Notes: generated by a model from the letters alone, not told the origin. 64,000 nt of DNA from an uncultured Gemmatimonadales bacterium (GCA_963850905.1 CAWKMU010000003.1:544001-608000), one strand, 5' to 3'. Numbered from the stretch's first letter, positions 32,619-43,899 are shown. Numbers and translations: made by a program.

Positions 32619-32634
32619 TGCACGCTGCATGCCG
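32619..32634 (-). promoter_or_regulatory. Putative sigma54 promoter of the DUF883/holin/DUF3618 operon
   Basis: cGGCATGcagcgTGCA (GG-N10-GC), followed by AAGGGGG RBS and GTG start. Confidence 0.5.
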
Positions 32635-32669
32635 GGCCGTTGGGACGGCCGTTGGCCGTCGCAACGAGC

Positions 32670-32759
32670 CAGAAAGTAGAAAGTAGACAAAGACGACACC
32701 GGCGAACGCCTCCGGGTGGCGGCGGGCGATGTCGGCCTTTGTCTACTTTCTACTTTCTG
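32670..32759. repeat. Perfect 23-bp inverted repeat built from TAGAAAG heptamers, 44-nt spacer
   Basis: cagaaagtagaaagtagacaaag (32670-32692) / ctttgtctactttctactttctg (32737-32759). Confidence 0.9.
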
Positions 32760-32771
32760 TGGTTCTACTCT

Positions 32772-35700
32772 CTAGGCAGGTCGCCCGCGCCGTGCGCGGA
32801 CGACCAGCGTCGGTACGACGAACAGGGTGATGGGAGTCGACAACGCCAGGCCGCCGATCACGGCGATCGCCAGCGGGCGTTGCAGCTCGCTCCCGGCGCC
32901 GAGACCCAGCGCCAAGGGCAGGAGACCAAACAGCGTGCAGAGAGTGGTCATGAGGATCGGCCGGAGACGCGTCCGGGCCGCCTCGCGGATCGCCACCTCC
33001 AGCGAAACGCCCTCCGTCCGCATCCGCAAGCGGGTGAAGTCGAGCAGGATGATGCCGTTCTTCACGATGAGCCCCACCAGCAGGATCAGCCCCATGTATG
33101 ACGAGACGTTGAACGGCGTCCGCGTCACCAGTAGTAGCACGATCGCCCCGACGAAGGAGATGGGTGCCGCGAGCACGATGACGAGCGGCTCGACGAACGA
33201 TTGGAACTGAATCACCATCACGGCGACGACGCTCACACACAGCGAGCGCAAGAACGACCAGCAAGGCACGAAATGCCGCCTGTTGTCCAGCGTACTGACC
33301 GCCGAGCTCGACTCGAATGCCGGGCGGCGGCGGGTGCGCGGCCAGCACGCGCTTCACGTCGGTCATCACGTCGCCCAAGGAGCGTTGATCGACGTCCGCC
33401 GTCATTGTGATCATCTGCTGCTGATTCTCGCGTGTCAGCTCGCTCCGCGAGTCCAACGACCGAACCGAGGCGACGGCGCTGAGCGGCGTCGGACGCCGCG
33501 CCTGTCCCATGATCGGGGAGCGAACCCAGTCGCAATGCGTCGTACCGTACCGAGTCGGGCGCGCGGACCCGCACGTCGATCGCGCGGTCGTCCAGCCGGA
33601 TCTCACCGGCATCCACCCCCAACAGCGATCCGCTCACGTCGGCCCCAACCTGCTGCGGCGTCATGCCGATGCGCGCCGCCTCGGGGCCACTGACCCGGAG
33701 ATACATCTCGGCCGACGGTTCACTCACACCGGAGTACAGATCGGCCAGACCGTCAACTTTTTGCATCGGCGCGGCAAGCGCCGTCGCGTAGGTCTCGAGC
33801 TGGTCGAGCTGCTCTCCGTACATCTTGATCTCGACGGCCCGTGCTGCGCCCTCCAGATCGTTGATGAGGTCGGTGAGAATCTCCACGAATTCGATGTGCA
33901 GCCGGGGGACGGCCCGTGCGACCTGCACGCGCACATCGTCGATCACTTGATCGGTGCTGCGCGACCGCTGGCTCGCCGGCGCGAGCCGGGCGACGATGTC
34001 ACCACGGTTCTGCAAGGTCGCGAACAGCCCGAGCTCGGCCCCCGTCCGGCGCGATGTGCCGACGATCTCCGGCGTCGACATCAGGATGCGCTCGATCGTG
34101 TGCACCTGGCGGTCCGTCTCCGCCAGCGCGGTCCCGCCCGGACTCAGGTAGTCGAGCACAAAGGCGCCCTCATCCATCTCGGGCAGAAACCCGGTGCCGA
34201 CGAACTGGTAGGCGACGATCCCGCCGACAACGAGCAGGGCGGCGGCCGCGACGACGAGCCACGGCCGATGCAGGACACGGCCGAGCGCCGCCTCGTACCG
34301 GTCAGCCAGGCCATCGACGAATCGGCTGGCCCGAGCCAGCACCCCCCGCGCCTCCCGAGGCGCACCTTCGGCGTCGGCCGCCGTCACGAACCGGGCCGCG
34401 AGCAGCGGAATGATCGTCAGCGCGAGCCCCAGTGACACCAGCACGGCGATCGTCAGCGTGATCGACAAGGCAATGAAGAACTGACCGACGACACCCTCGA
34501 GCAGACCGAGGGGAAGGAACACGACGACGGTCGTGATCGTCGACGTCGTGACAGGCCAGATCAGCTCCTGCACGGCATCACGCACCGCCGAGCGGCGATC
34601 CGGGCTGAACGTCGAGATGTCGGGCGATGTTTTCCGTGATCACGACCGCGTCATCGATCACAAGACCAATGGCGATCGCCATCGCGCCCAGCGTCATCAG
34701 GTTGAAGGTCTGCCCGACCAGGCGCATGACGAACACCGTGATCGCCAGTGTCAGCGGGATCGACGTCGCGCTGATGGCCGTGATCACCCCATGGCGCAGA
34801 AACACCAGCAAGATCACGATCGCAAGCGCCGCGCCGACGAGCATCGCGTCACGGACGGAAGTGACGGCGTCGCGGACGAGCGCCGCCTGGTCGTAGACCG
34901 CCTTGAGATGCGACCCTGGCGGAAGGGTCGGCGCGAGCGCGCGCATCACTCCCGCGACGCTGTCCGCGACCGCGACCGTGTTGCCGCCGATCTGACGCGA
35001 GACGTTGATGAGCGCCGCCGGCTTCCCGTCGCCGGCGACCACGTGCGTGTGATCCTCCGTCCCCATCCCCACCCGGCACAGGTCCCGCACGCGCAACCCC
35101 GCGCCCGCCGTCGGCGTGACCACGACATTGGCGATGTCGTCGGGGCTGTGCGCTTCGGCATCCGTGACGACGAGGTACTGCTTGTAGTTCTGTGCCAGTC
35201 GACCGACGGCATCGACCGATGTGGCCTGCTTGATCGCCGCCGCGACATCGTCGTAGGAGATGCCCTGGCCGGCCAGTCGATCGGGATCGCAGACCACTTC
35301 GACCTCGCGCACATCGGTGCCCTGGACCTCGACCCGGCCCACGCCCGGCACGCGCGAGACGACCGGCTTGATCTGGTAGCGCGCGACATCGTACAACGTC
35401 GCGGCATCCCCGCCCTCGAGGTTGTACGACAGGATCGGGAACAGCGACGGCGTGAGGCGCTCCACCTCGATGTCGAGGCCGGGTGGCAAATCCGCGCGCA
35501 CTTCGTTCACGCGCGCCTGGACGAGCTGTAGCGCGTAGATCATGTCGGTGCGCGGCGCGAACGTGATGTTCGTCTCGACGGCGCCGCGAATCGATCGCGT
35601 CTGGACTCGAATGACTCCCGGCACGACGCTCACCGCTTCCTCGATCGGCCGCGTGATGCTGAAGACCACCTGGCGCGCCCCGAGCGTGGAGCCTTGCGCG

Positions 35701-35843
35701 ACGATCGTCACGCGCGGAAAGGTGAGCTCCGGGTAGATCGCCGAGGGGAGGCGCGTTGCGGCCCACAGCCCCGCCGCGCTCAACACGCCGACGAGGAGGT
35801 AGATGAATCGACGTTGGGAGTCCAACGCATCGAAGAGTTTCAT
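32772..35843 (-). CDS. RND efflux permease (CusA/CzcA/AcrB superfamily); apparent frameshifts near 34600, 33500 and 33240
   Basis: Pieces 34578-35843, 33233-34585, part of 32743-33612 and 32772-33269: [37 protein letters not shown]. Confidence 0.88.
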
Positions 35844-37009
35844 TTGATCGGGACTACCTTGGCGCTGTCCTCGACGCCAAAGGCGCCATCGGTCACGACC
35901 CTCTCGCCTGCGTGCAGGCCGTCGGTGATCTCCGCCAGTGTCTCGGTCCGTCCCCCGACCGAGACCGCACGGGCGTGCGCGATGCCGTCTGGCCCGACGA
36001 CGAACACCTTGAGCGCGTCGCCATCCGGTACCAGCGCCTGCACCGGAACCGTGACCGCGTGCTGGCGCACTGCGGTCGTAACTCGCCCGGTCACCGTCTC
36101 ACCGATCATGAGCGCACGGGTCGGGTGCGCGATGTGCGCGCGGACGGGGATGGTGCGAGAGGTGGTGTCGAGCGCCACGCCCACCGCGACGACCACGCCG
36201 TGCCCGAGCGGCTCACCGACGAGTCCACTCTGGCCCGCAGTGACCTCCACAGAGTCCCCGCGCCGCACACGAGGCGCCTCGCGCGGCGACACACCGAGGA
36301 CGATATCGAGCGCGCCGGGATCAGCCACGCCGACGACGGGCGCCCCCGCATCGACCGATGCGCCGAGAACCGCCGACATATGGGTCACGACGCCGGCGAG
36401 CGGTGCACGCAAGGTCGCCAGCTCCTGAGAACGCCGCGCAGTCACGTCCGTGGTCTGCGCCTGCGCCAGATCCGCCGCCGCCTGGTCCACGTCCTTGCGC
36501 GCCACCACGCCGGCGGCCGACAGGCGTTGCGCCCGATCATAGGCACGTTGCGCAACCAGGAGCGCCGCGTGCGCACCCGCGGCCGCCGCGTCGAACGGGG
36601 CGCGGTCGAACTCCACGAGCGGATCGCCCGACGCGACCACATCCCCCGCCCCCACGTAGATGTGCATCACCCGAGTCGGCCCGGGAGCCGAGAGTTCCGC
36701 GTAGTGCCCCGGGCGCGGATTGACGGATCCGATCACGGCGAGCGTCTCGTCGAAGCGCTGCAGGCTCGCCGCGGCCGTCTTCGCGCCCACGACGGGTGCG
36801 GGAGCGGCATCCTCCTCTCCACCCTTGGACACCTCTTCCTTGGCCGCGTCTTCGCCCGCCGGCTTCTCGCGGGTCGAGTCCGAATCGGCTGATGCCGTCG
36901 CGAGAGTGGCGGCCTTGGCGGCGCCATCCTCGGCGGGCTTCCCGCGTCCGCACGCCGAGACGAGGACGGCGGCGAGGCACGCGATCGATGGAACGAGACG
37001 GTGAGTCAT
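35840..37009 (-). CDS. RND periplasmic adaptor (MFP) lipoprotein
   Basis: Lipobox VSAC; LRAPLAGVV, AVTVP..AL, GL.AGERVVTDG. Confidence 0.88.
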   Translation of the reverse strand: MTHRLVPSIACLAAVLVSACGRGKPAEDGAAKAATLATASADSDSTREKPAGEDAAKEEVSKGGEEDAAPAPVVGAKTAAASLQRFDETLAVIGSVNPRPGHYAELSAPGPTRVMHIYVGAGDVVASGDPLVEFDRAPFDAAAAGAHAALLVAQRAYDRAQRLSAAGVVARKDVDQAAADLAQAQTTDVTARRSQELATLRAPLAGVVTHMSAVLGASVDAGAPVVGVADPGALDIVLGVSPREAPRVRRGDSVEVTAGQSGLVGEPLGHGVVVAVGVALDTTSRTIPVRAHIAHPTRALMIGETVTGRVTTAVRQHAVTVPVQALVPDGDALKVFVVGPDGIAHARAVSVGGRTETLAEITDGLHAGERVVTDGAFGVEDSAKVVPIK

Positions 37010-38391
37010 CGCGACGTGGCGCTGAGTTTGAAGAGTCGCACCTCGCCGGCCGCCATATTGGCGGCCGCGAGATCGTCGACGTACTGCCCTAAGGCCTCGC
37101 GGGCACTGCGCTGCGCCTCGAGAACGCTCGGCAGCGCCGTGGCGCCTTCGGCAAACGCGGTCAAGGAGCCGGCCACCACGCGTTGAGCCGCCGCCAACAG
37201 CTCGCGGTCTCGCTCGGTGCGCGCCAGCGCGATATGCAACTCCCGCCGCGCCTGCGCCGATTGCGCGGCGGCTTCACGGCGGGCCAGGTCGAGCTCCGCG
37301 ACCGCGCGGTCGCGGCTCGCCGTAGCCAACTGAATCTCGCCGCCATTGCGATTGAAGAGCGGCAGCGGGATCGAGACCCCGAAGGTCGGCAACAAGAACG
37401 GCTGGGTGGGGTCCCCGTACTCGACTCCAGCCTGGAACGACGGCTGCGCAAGCACGGAGCCGCGGGCGAGCGAGAGGTTCGACTCCTCCGATTGGAGCGC
37501 GGCTTGGGCCGCGGCGACCTGCAACGGCACCTCGCTCGAGCCCGGGACTCCGCCCGACGCCGCAGCAGCTGTCGGCTGGCGCGGTGCGCCGCCATTTCGC
37601 GTGAATTGCAGCGATGCGCCGCCGGCATTGGACGCGAGCTGACTCGTGTCGGGCACCTCGAGCGTGTCGGCCAGCGCGACGACCTGGCGATCGGCCGGCA
37701 GGCCGACGATCGCCTGGAGATCCAGGAGCGCGCCGAGTGCCGCGAGTGAATCGGACGCCGCAACGTTGATCTGCTGGCCAGCGTTGACGCTCGCCAGCTC
37801 CACGTCCATGTCGCTGGCATCGCCCGACTCCCGGCGGATGACAGCGAGCCGTCGGAGACTGTCCGCATCGAGGGCGTTGCGGCCCGATACGCGCGCATGC
37901 GCGAGCGCCGCGAGTGCGCGCGTGTACATCGTGTCGACCTCGAACTGGGCCGCCGCCCGCTCGAAGGCGTACCGATAGGTCGCGGATCGGTAGTTCGCAT
38001 CGGCCGCGCGCACACGGGCGTCGCGGATCCAGGGATAGTCGAACGCGAAGTTGAGGATGCCGTGGTAGTGTGGCTCGTCGCGCGTATAGGTCAGATTCGC
38101 GACGGGATTGGGATATTCATGCGCCGTCCCCTGCAGCGCACGCGCCATGAGCGAATCGGCCCGCGCCAGCGCCAGCCGCGCGCCGCGAATGAGCGCAGTG
38201 TCGATGGCGGCCAGCCGCGTGAGGGGGACGAAGCTTTCGGCGCTGGAACTCTCGCCCGCCACCGCTGCGTTCCCGGCGGTCGCAACCGCCCCGCCCTGCG
38301 CGAGCGCCCCCCGCCCCGGAATGCCAATCAGGAGCGCCGCGACACCGAACCACCGCCCGCAACGTGCCGCGCCGACAGCGCCTCGAAGCAT
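37006..38391 (-). CDS. TolC family outer membrane efflux protein
   Basis: Signal peptide; YPNP, SIPLPLFNRN.G; helical repeats; operon position. Confidence 0.85.
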   Translation of the reverse strand: MLRGAVGAARCGRWFGVAALLIGIPGRGALAQGGAVATAGNAAVAGESSSAESFVPLTRLAAIDTALIRGARLALARADSLMARALQGTAHEYPNPVANLTYTRDEPHYHGILNFAFDYPWIRDARVRAADANYRSATYRYAFERAAAQFEVDTMYTRALAALAHARVSGRNALDADSLRRLAVIRRESGDASDMDVELASVNAGQQINVAASDSLAALGALLDLQAIVGLPADRQVVALADTLEVPDTSQLASNAGGASLQFTRNGGAPRQPTAAAASGGVPGSSEVPLQVAAAQAALQSEESNLSLARGSVLAQPSFQAGVEYGDPTQPFLLPTFGVSIPLPLFNRNGGEIQLATASRDRAVAELDLARREAAAQSAQARRELHIALARTERDRELLAAAQRVVAGSLTAFAEGATALPSVLEAQRSAREALGQYVDDLAAANMAAGEVRLFKLSATSR

Positions 38392-38426
38392 GCGGGAACG
38401 CTAGCCGGGTGTAGCTGTCAGGAGCA

Positions 38427-39827
38427 TTACATGGGGCCGGGCACGGGAGAGGGAGAAAACCGAATCGTCACCTGCGTCCCGCTAGCAGGGGTCGAGACGA
38501 CGTCGATGCTCGCGCCATGCGCGTCCGCGATCCATCGGGCGATCGATAGACCCAGACCCGCGCCGTCGCCTCTCGCCCGCGCGTCACCCCCCCGATAGAA
38601 CCGATCGAAGATGTGGGCGAGGTCGTCCGCCGGAATGCCGATCCCCGTGTCCTCCACGAGAATCAGCGCCGAACGGCCACCGTCGGCACGCACCCGCAGC
38701 GACACGCGCCCGCCGGCGGGCGTGAACTTGATCGCGTTGTCCAGCACGATCACGATCAGCTGGCGTAGCAGCAGGGGGTCCGCCTCGACCGCGGCCTCCT
38801 CGAATTCAGGCACCGCGAGCTCCACGCCGCGCCGCTCGGCCAGCACGCGCACCCCGTCGACCGCGTCGAGCGCCATGTCGTCGAGATACACGCGCTCACG
38901 GACGATGGGCCGCTCCCCCGCGTCTGCCCGCGCGAGGGTCAGCAGGTCGTCGACGATACTCCCGATCCGTTCAGCCTCGACACCGACCGCCTCCAACGCC
39001 GCCGCGTACGCCGCCGGGTCGCGCTCACGCTGGAGCGCCACTTCAGCACGGCTCCGCAACACCGCGACCGGCGTGCGCAACTCGTGCGCGGCGTCGGCCA
39101 TGAACTGCCGCATCTGCGCCATGGTCCGCTCGATCGGCGCAGTCGACTTGCCCGCCAGGAACCAGCCACCCGCGGCAACGAGGAGCAACGCCGCAGCCGC
39201 ACCGCCGGCCAACGCCGCGATGAGCGACGCGTAGCGATCCTCGAGCTCCACCCGATCCGCGACCGCCGCAGCGACATAGCGATGGCCACTCGCGAGCGTG
39301 AAGCGCTCGGCATGCACCTGGAAGTCGCGCTCGCCTCGTTCCCGACTCGTCCGCTTGAAATGTCGATCGGCCTGTCCTTCTTGCGCAGTCGCGGCCAGCG
39401 CGGCGACCGCCGTGATCGTGGAGTCCGCCTGGGCGGGCGTGAGCGGGCGGCCCGCCGAATCGAACAGATAGAGCGCACGCCCCGGAATGGTCAGCTCTTG
39501 CACCGCGTCCGCAGCGCCCTTGGCCGATACGGCCTCCACCTCGCGGATCCCCGTCGCCTGCGCGATCGCGCGCGTCGCCGCGTGCAGCGACGTCTCGAGA
39601 TCCGCCGCGATCTGGTGCGCGATCGCCGCGAAGAGCGCGGTGCCGAGCATGAGGAGAATGAGCGCGAACGTCCCGACGTACCACGCCGTCAGCCGCAGCC
39701 GTAGCCCGAGCAGCGCGCGCCGCGCGAGCGCGGCCCGCCCGGGCCGCGGCGTCGCATGGTCGGGCCGCCGCCCAGCAGGTGCGCCGCCCCCACCCCGCGT
39801 CGGGCGGACTAGCGCACCGGCGCCCAC
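38427..39827 (-). CDS. Sensor histidine kinase (OmpR-type partner; start uncertain)
   Basis: FMADAAHELRTP, LDNAIKFT, DTGIGI, FDRFYR, GAGLGLSIA; two TMs. Confidence 0.9.
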   Translation of the reverse strand: MGAGALVRPTRGGGGAPAGRRPDHATPRPGRAALARRALLGLRLRLTAWYVGTFALILLMLGTALFAAIAHQIAADLETSLHAATRAIAQATGIREVEAVSAKGAADAVQELTIPGRALYLFDSAGRPLTPAQADSTITAVAALAATAQEGQADRHFKRTSRERGERDFQVHAERFTLASGHRYVAAAVADRVELEDRYASLIAALAGGAAAALLLVAAGGWFLAGKSTAPIERTMAQMRQFMADAAHELRTPVAVLRSRAEVALQRERDPAAYAAALEAVGVEAERIGSIVDDLLTLARADAGERPIVRERVYLDDMALDAVDGVRVLAERRGVELAVPEFEEAAVEADPLLLRQLIVIVLDNAIKFTPAGGRVSLRVRADGGRSALILVEDTGIGIPADDLAHIFDRFYRGGDARARGDGAGLGLSIARWIADAHGASIDVVSTPASGTQVTIRFSPSPVPGPM

Positions 39828-39862
39828 CGCCAGCCTCGGAGGCCACGACGCCAGTCGGCGTG

Positions 39863-40531
39863 TCAGAGACCGAACCGGTATCCGGCGCCACGAATCGTAT
39901 GGATCAGTTTCGGCTCGAACTCGTCGTCGATCTTGCGACGCAGCCGGCGTACGAGCACCTCGAGCACGTTGGTGAACGGATCGTGATTGTCGTCCCAGAC
40001 ATGCGCGGCGATGGCCGCCCGGTCAACCACGATACCCTCGTGCCGCGCAAAGAACTCGAGCAGGGCAAACTCGCGCGCGGTCAGCGTAATCGAGCGCCCA
40101 CCCCGCGTGACATGTCGAGTCGACAGGTCGACCTCCAGGTCGGCCAACGCCACCCGTTGCGGCGCGATGGCCGGCCGCCGCCGTGCGAGCGCGCGCACGC
40201 GTGCGAGCAGCTCACGAAATGCGAACGGCTTGATCAGGTAGTCGTCTGCGCCGGCCTCGAGTCCGCGCACCCGATCGTCGATCGCATCGCGAGCCGTCAG
40301 CATGAGGATCGGAGTCGTGCTCCCACGCCCGCGCAGCGAGGCGCACAGATCGAAGCCGCTCCCGTCCGGCAACAACACGTCCAACAGGATAACCTCGTAC
40401 GACCCGAGCGCCGCTCGCTCGCGACCCCCCGCAATGCTGTCCGCGACGACCGCCTCGATGTGGTGCTCGCCAAATCCTTGCGCGAGGATCTGCGCCAGCT
40501 CGCGATCGTCCTCGACGATGAGTAAACGCAA
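39863..40531 (-). CDS. OmpR family response regulator
   Basis: LLIVEDD, LLDVLLPDGSG, GADDYLIKPF, IHTIRGAGY; TTG start after GGAG. Confidence 0.92.
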   Translation of the reverse strand: MRLLIVEDDRELAQILAQGFGEHHIEAVVADSIAGGRERAALGSYEVILLDVLLPDGSGFDLCASLRGRGSTTPILMLTARDAIDDRVRGLEAGADDYLIKPFAFRELLARVRALARRRPAIAPQRVALADLEVDLSTRHVTRGGRSITLTAREFALLEFFARHEGIVVDRAAIAAHVWDDNHDPFTNVLEVLVRRLRRKIDDEFEPKLIHTIRGAGYRFGL

Positions 40532-40548
40532 GGGCGAACTCCAATCGT

Positions 40549-40650
40549 GTAAGGGCGAGGCATTGCCTCGCCCTTTACTGCCTCTCCGCGAGATAGGGGC
40601 GAGACATGCCCTCGCCCTTTCATGGAGGGGCGAGGGGCGCCGCGCCCTTT
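40549..40650. repeat. Cluster of degenerate REP-like hairpins upstream of the response regulator
   Basis: gtaagggcgaggcattgcctcgccctttac; ataggggcgagacatgccctcgccc; gaggggcgaggggcgccgcgccc. Confidence 0.7.
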
Positions 40651-40653
40651 CTC

Positions 40654-41097
40654 CTACGCGCGCGCCTCCGCCGCACCAACCGGCGCGCAATATCGGTCAA
40701 ACGCCCCCATCAGATCTCCGGCAATCGCCTCGGCCGTCCGCCCTTCGATCTGGTAGCGCTCCAGCATGAACACGAGCCGGCCTTCCTTGAGAAGCGCGAT
40801 CTGCGGCGATGACGGCGCATAGCCGATGAAATAGCTCCGCGCCTGGCGCGTGGCGTCGACGTCCTGGCCCGCAAAGACGGTCGTCAGCCGGTCGGGCTTG
40901 ACGGCGTGCTGCAGCGCCATCGCGACGGCGGGACGCGCGTTCCGCGCAGCGCATCCGCACACGGAGTTGACGACGACCAGGGTTGTCCCGCGCGATGCGC
41001 GGAGCGTCGAGTCGACCGCCTCCGGCGTGCGCAACTCGTCGACTCCGAGCCGCGTCAGCTCCCGGCGCATCGGTGCGACTAAACGTTCATCGTACAT
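40654..41097 (-). CDS. BrxA/BrxB family bacilliredoxin
   Basis: MYDERLVAPMRRELT.LG..EL.T, VVNSVCGCAA..ARP, TVFAGQD, PSSP.IAL.K.G. Confidence 0.9.
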   Translation of the reverse strand: MYDERLVAPMRRELTRLGVDELRTPEAVDSTLRASRGTTLVVVNSVCGCAARNARPAVAMALQHAVKPDRLTTVFAGQDVDATRQARSYFIGYAPSSPQIALLKEGRLVFMLERYQIEGRTAEAIAGDLMGAFDRYCAPVGAAEARA

Positions 41098-41185
41098 TCT
41101 GAAACTCCTCAGAAGTGTGAGCCTACTACGCCGAAACATAACCGGCCCGCGCCGGCCGCCGGTCGCGGTGGTCGCCTTCCCCCTT

Positions 41186-42271
41186 CTACGACTGCGCCAG
41201 CGCTCGTTCCACTGCGTCGACGGTTGCCGGGACGACGGGCGCGCGCTCGTCGAGTTGCGGCGCGTACTGCGGGTCCTTGAGGCCATGACCAGTACACACG
41301 CAGACGCAGCGTTGCGCGGCCTGCGTAGCCCCATCTGCGACGCGTCGCCGGAGCCCGGCGATGCCGGCGGCGGAGGCTGGCTCACAGAAAATGCCCTCGA
41401 GCCGCCCGATTTCGCGGTACGCTGTGAGGATCTCGTCGTCCGAGACGGACACGAACGCACCCCCGGACTCGTGCGCCGCGGCGACCGCCGTCTGCCAGCT
41501 GGCGGGCCTGCCAATGCGGATCGCGCTCGCGATGGTGTCGGGGTGGTCGATCGGCCGTCCGCGCACGAGCGGCGCGGCGCCAGCCGCTTGGGCACCCAGA
41601 ATGACTGGCAAGTGCTCAATGTGACCGTCGCGATGGTACCGCCGAAAGCCCGCCCAGTAGGCCGAGATGTTTCCGCCGTTGCCAACCGGCAGCGCAAGCA
41701 AGTCGGGGGCGCCACCGAGCGTGTCGCAGATCTCATAGGCGGCCGTCGCCTGCCCGGCGATGCGGTGTGGATTGACGGAGTTGACGAGCTCCATCGGACG
41801 TCGATCCGTGAGCTGTCGCGCGGCGTCCAGCGCGGCGTCGAAGTTCCCATCCACGATGACCGCACGGGCGCCGTAGGCGAGCGCCTGTGAGACCTTCGCC
41901 CCGGCCACGCCGCCCTGTGGGAGCAGCACGACGGCCCTGAGCCCCGCGCGAGCCGCGTAGGCGGCGGCGCTCGCCGCGGTGTTGCCCGTCGACGCGCACA
42001 GTACCGTGTCGATGCCCCGCTCGGCCGCCTTCGCGACCGCGACAACCATTCCGCGGTCCTTGAAGGAACCGGTGGGATTCATCCCCTCGAACTTCACCCA
42101 GAGCTCATCGACGCCGACCCACCGCGCGAGCCGCGGCGTCCTGAGAAGCGGCGTGTCCCCCTCGAGTAGCGTCAGGTCGGGTGTGGCACGCGTGACTGGC
42201 AGAAACGACGCATAGCGGGCGAGGACGCCGCGCCGTCCGCCGCGGGGGCTTGCCGCCTGGAGATCACCCAT
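41186..42271 (-). CDS. thrC: Threonine synthase
   Basis: TL.EG.TPL, KFEGMNPTGSFKDRGM, CASTGNT, LPVGNGGNISAYW, CTGHGLKDP. Confidence 0.93.
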   Translation of the reverse strand: MGDLQAASPRGGRRGVLARYASFLPVTRATPDLTLLEGDTPLLRTPRLARWVGVDELWVKFEGMNPTGSFKDRGMVVAVAKAAERGIDTVLCASTGNTAASAAAYAARAGLRAVVLLPQGGVAGAKVSQALAYGARAVIVDGNFDAALDAARQLTDRRPMELVNSVNPHRIAGQATAAYEICDTLGGAPDLLALPVGNGGNISAYWAGFRRYHRDGHIEHLPVILGAQAAGAAPLVRGRPIDHPDTIASAIRIGRPASWQTAVAAAHESGGAFVSVSDDEILTAYREIGRLEGIFCEPASAAGIAGLRRRVADGATQAAQRCVCVCTGHGLKDPQYAPQLDERAPVVPATVDAVERALAQS

Positions 42272-43188
42272 GCGTCAGACCGCGCCCGGCGGGTTCGAGA
42301 GGGAAGGCGATGACGCCGTACGGCCCCGTCACGCGGCGGAACGCACCCGCCATCGCGTCCGCGATGTCGCCCGCACGTGACGGGTCTCCGACCGCGATCA
42401 GCCCGGACCCGGCGCCGGAGACGGTCGCGCCCCACGCCCCCGCCTCTCGCGCCGCGTCGATGGCCGCGTCGGCGCCAGGGATGAGCGCCAGGCGAACACG
42501 CACGTGGAGCCGGTCGCTGAAGCCCAGGTCGAGCAGCGTACGGTCGCCGGTCGCAAGCGCGCGCGTGAGCGCGGCGAGCGCGCCGAGATTGTGCACGGCG
42601 TCGCGCAGCGGGACGCGCTCGGGCAGCGCCGCACGCGCCTGCCGCGTCTCGAGCTCGACGCCCGGGGCCGCGAACGCGAGTCCAACGTGCTCCGACAGCG
42701 GCAGTTGAAACGCGTGCGGCCGATCGTGCTCGTCGCGCGCCACGGCGACGAGACCGCCCAGCAGCGCGGGTGCGACATTGTCGAGATGGCTCTCGTGCTC
42801 CTGCGCGAGATGCAGCACGCGCTCAGTCGACGCATCGACATCGCGACTCGCCATGGCGAGCGCGATCGCCCCGACGACGGCCGCGGCCGACGAGCCAAGC
42901 CCACGCCCGATGGGGATCTCCGAGTCGAGCGTCAGCGTGCCGTCCGTCGTCCCCGCGCCCATGATCTCGAGCGTGCGGCGGAACACGCGCAGAAAGAGAT
43001 CGTGCGTGTCCGGCCGGTCCTCCAGGGCCCGCAGCGTCCCCCGTCGCTCCACGCGTAAGCCCGCCGATCCAGGTGTGGGAACGAAATCGGCCGTGAGATA
43101 CCGCGCCAAGGCGAGCCCGATGCAGTCGAATCCGGCACCGAGATTCGATGTGCTGCACGGCACGCGGACGTGCGCGCGCCGTGGCTCA
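42264..43188 (-). CDS. thrB: Homoserine kinase (start approximate)
   Basis: VRVPCSTSNLGAGFDCIGLAL, IPIGRGLGSSAAA, HLDNVAPALLGG, VSGAG. Confidence 0.9.
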
Positions 43189-43277
43189 CGCGCCCCGCGG
43201 AGCGCGAGCGACGCCGGCTTCGCACCGGGCGCCTCACTGGGACGAGACAGCCGCCTGCCCTCGGTCCGCGCGCGGGC

Positions 43278-43808
43278 TCAGCCCACGCGCCCCTCGTGAA
43301 TGGCTTCGACGGTCGACTCCCGGTGCTCGTGTCGGACGAGCGCCGACCGAACGACCTGCACGACCCCGGCGAGCAGCGCCGCAAACAGACACACGGAGAT
43401 CAGATCCGTAATGAGAAAGCCCGCTGCCATCGAGGGCCAGGCGTGCCAGTTCGCGTGCGACGAGCCGACGCGCTCGCGGTGCAGCGCGACGAGCACGGCA
43501 CTGGTCGCGATCGTGGCCATCGCCGCGATCGCCGCAAAACTCGGCGCGCGCCAGATCCAATGCCGCAGCGGGAAATTCGCCAGGTGCGCCGCCGCGGCGC
43601 CAAGGAGCGCGAGCAGAATGACGGCATCGAGGATCGTTAACAGCATCCACCGGCCCTCGGGGATGTACGCGAGGGCAAGAGTGCGGACGAGATGCAGGAC
43701 GACACCCGCGAGGAGGCCGCTCCCGACGAGCGACAGCGTGAGCGCGCGGAACGCCGCCGGCTCTTCGATCTTCCAGGCGATGGTCTGTCGCGGGAAGTAG
43801 CCGACCAT
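43278..43808 (-). CDS. Hypothetical 4-TM membrane protein
   Basis: ORF with four hydrophobic segments upstream of thrB; no motif recognised. Confidence 0.7.
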   Translation of the reverse strand: MVGYFPRQTIAWKIEEPAAFRALTLSLVGSGLLAGVVLHLVRTLALAYIPEGRWMLLTILDAVILLALLGAAAAHLANFPLRHWIWRAPSFAAIAAMATIATSAVLVALHRERVGSSHANWHAWPSMAAGFLITDLISVCLFAALLAGVVQVVRSALVRHEHRESTVEAIHEGRVG

Positions 43809-43874
43809 GTCGCGCTAAGGTACTGCACCGGCGAGCACCCAGCCAGAGCGGCGGCGGGTACGTGCCCTCAGCCG

Positions 43875-43899
43875 GTAGGGGCGACGCCTTGCGTCGCCC
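43875..43899 (+). repeat. GTAG REP hairpin
   Basis: GTAGGGGCGACGCCTTGCGTCGCCC, identical to 9561 and 31162. Confidence 0.9.

Noticed and set aside
43164..43280. Stop-codon readthrough fusion of the 4-TM gene with thrB (same frame, single TGA between them)
   Set aside because: A GTG at 43188 in a neighbouring frame plus one indel in the GCGCGCGC run explains the missing thrB start more simply, given the error rate.
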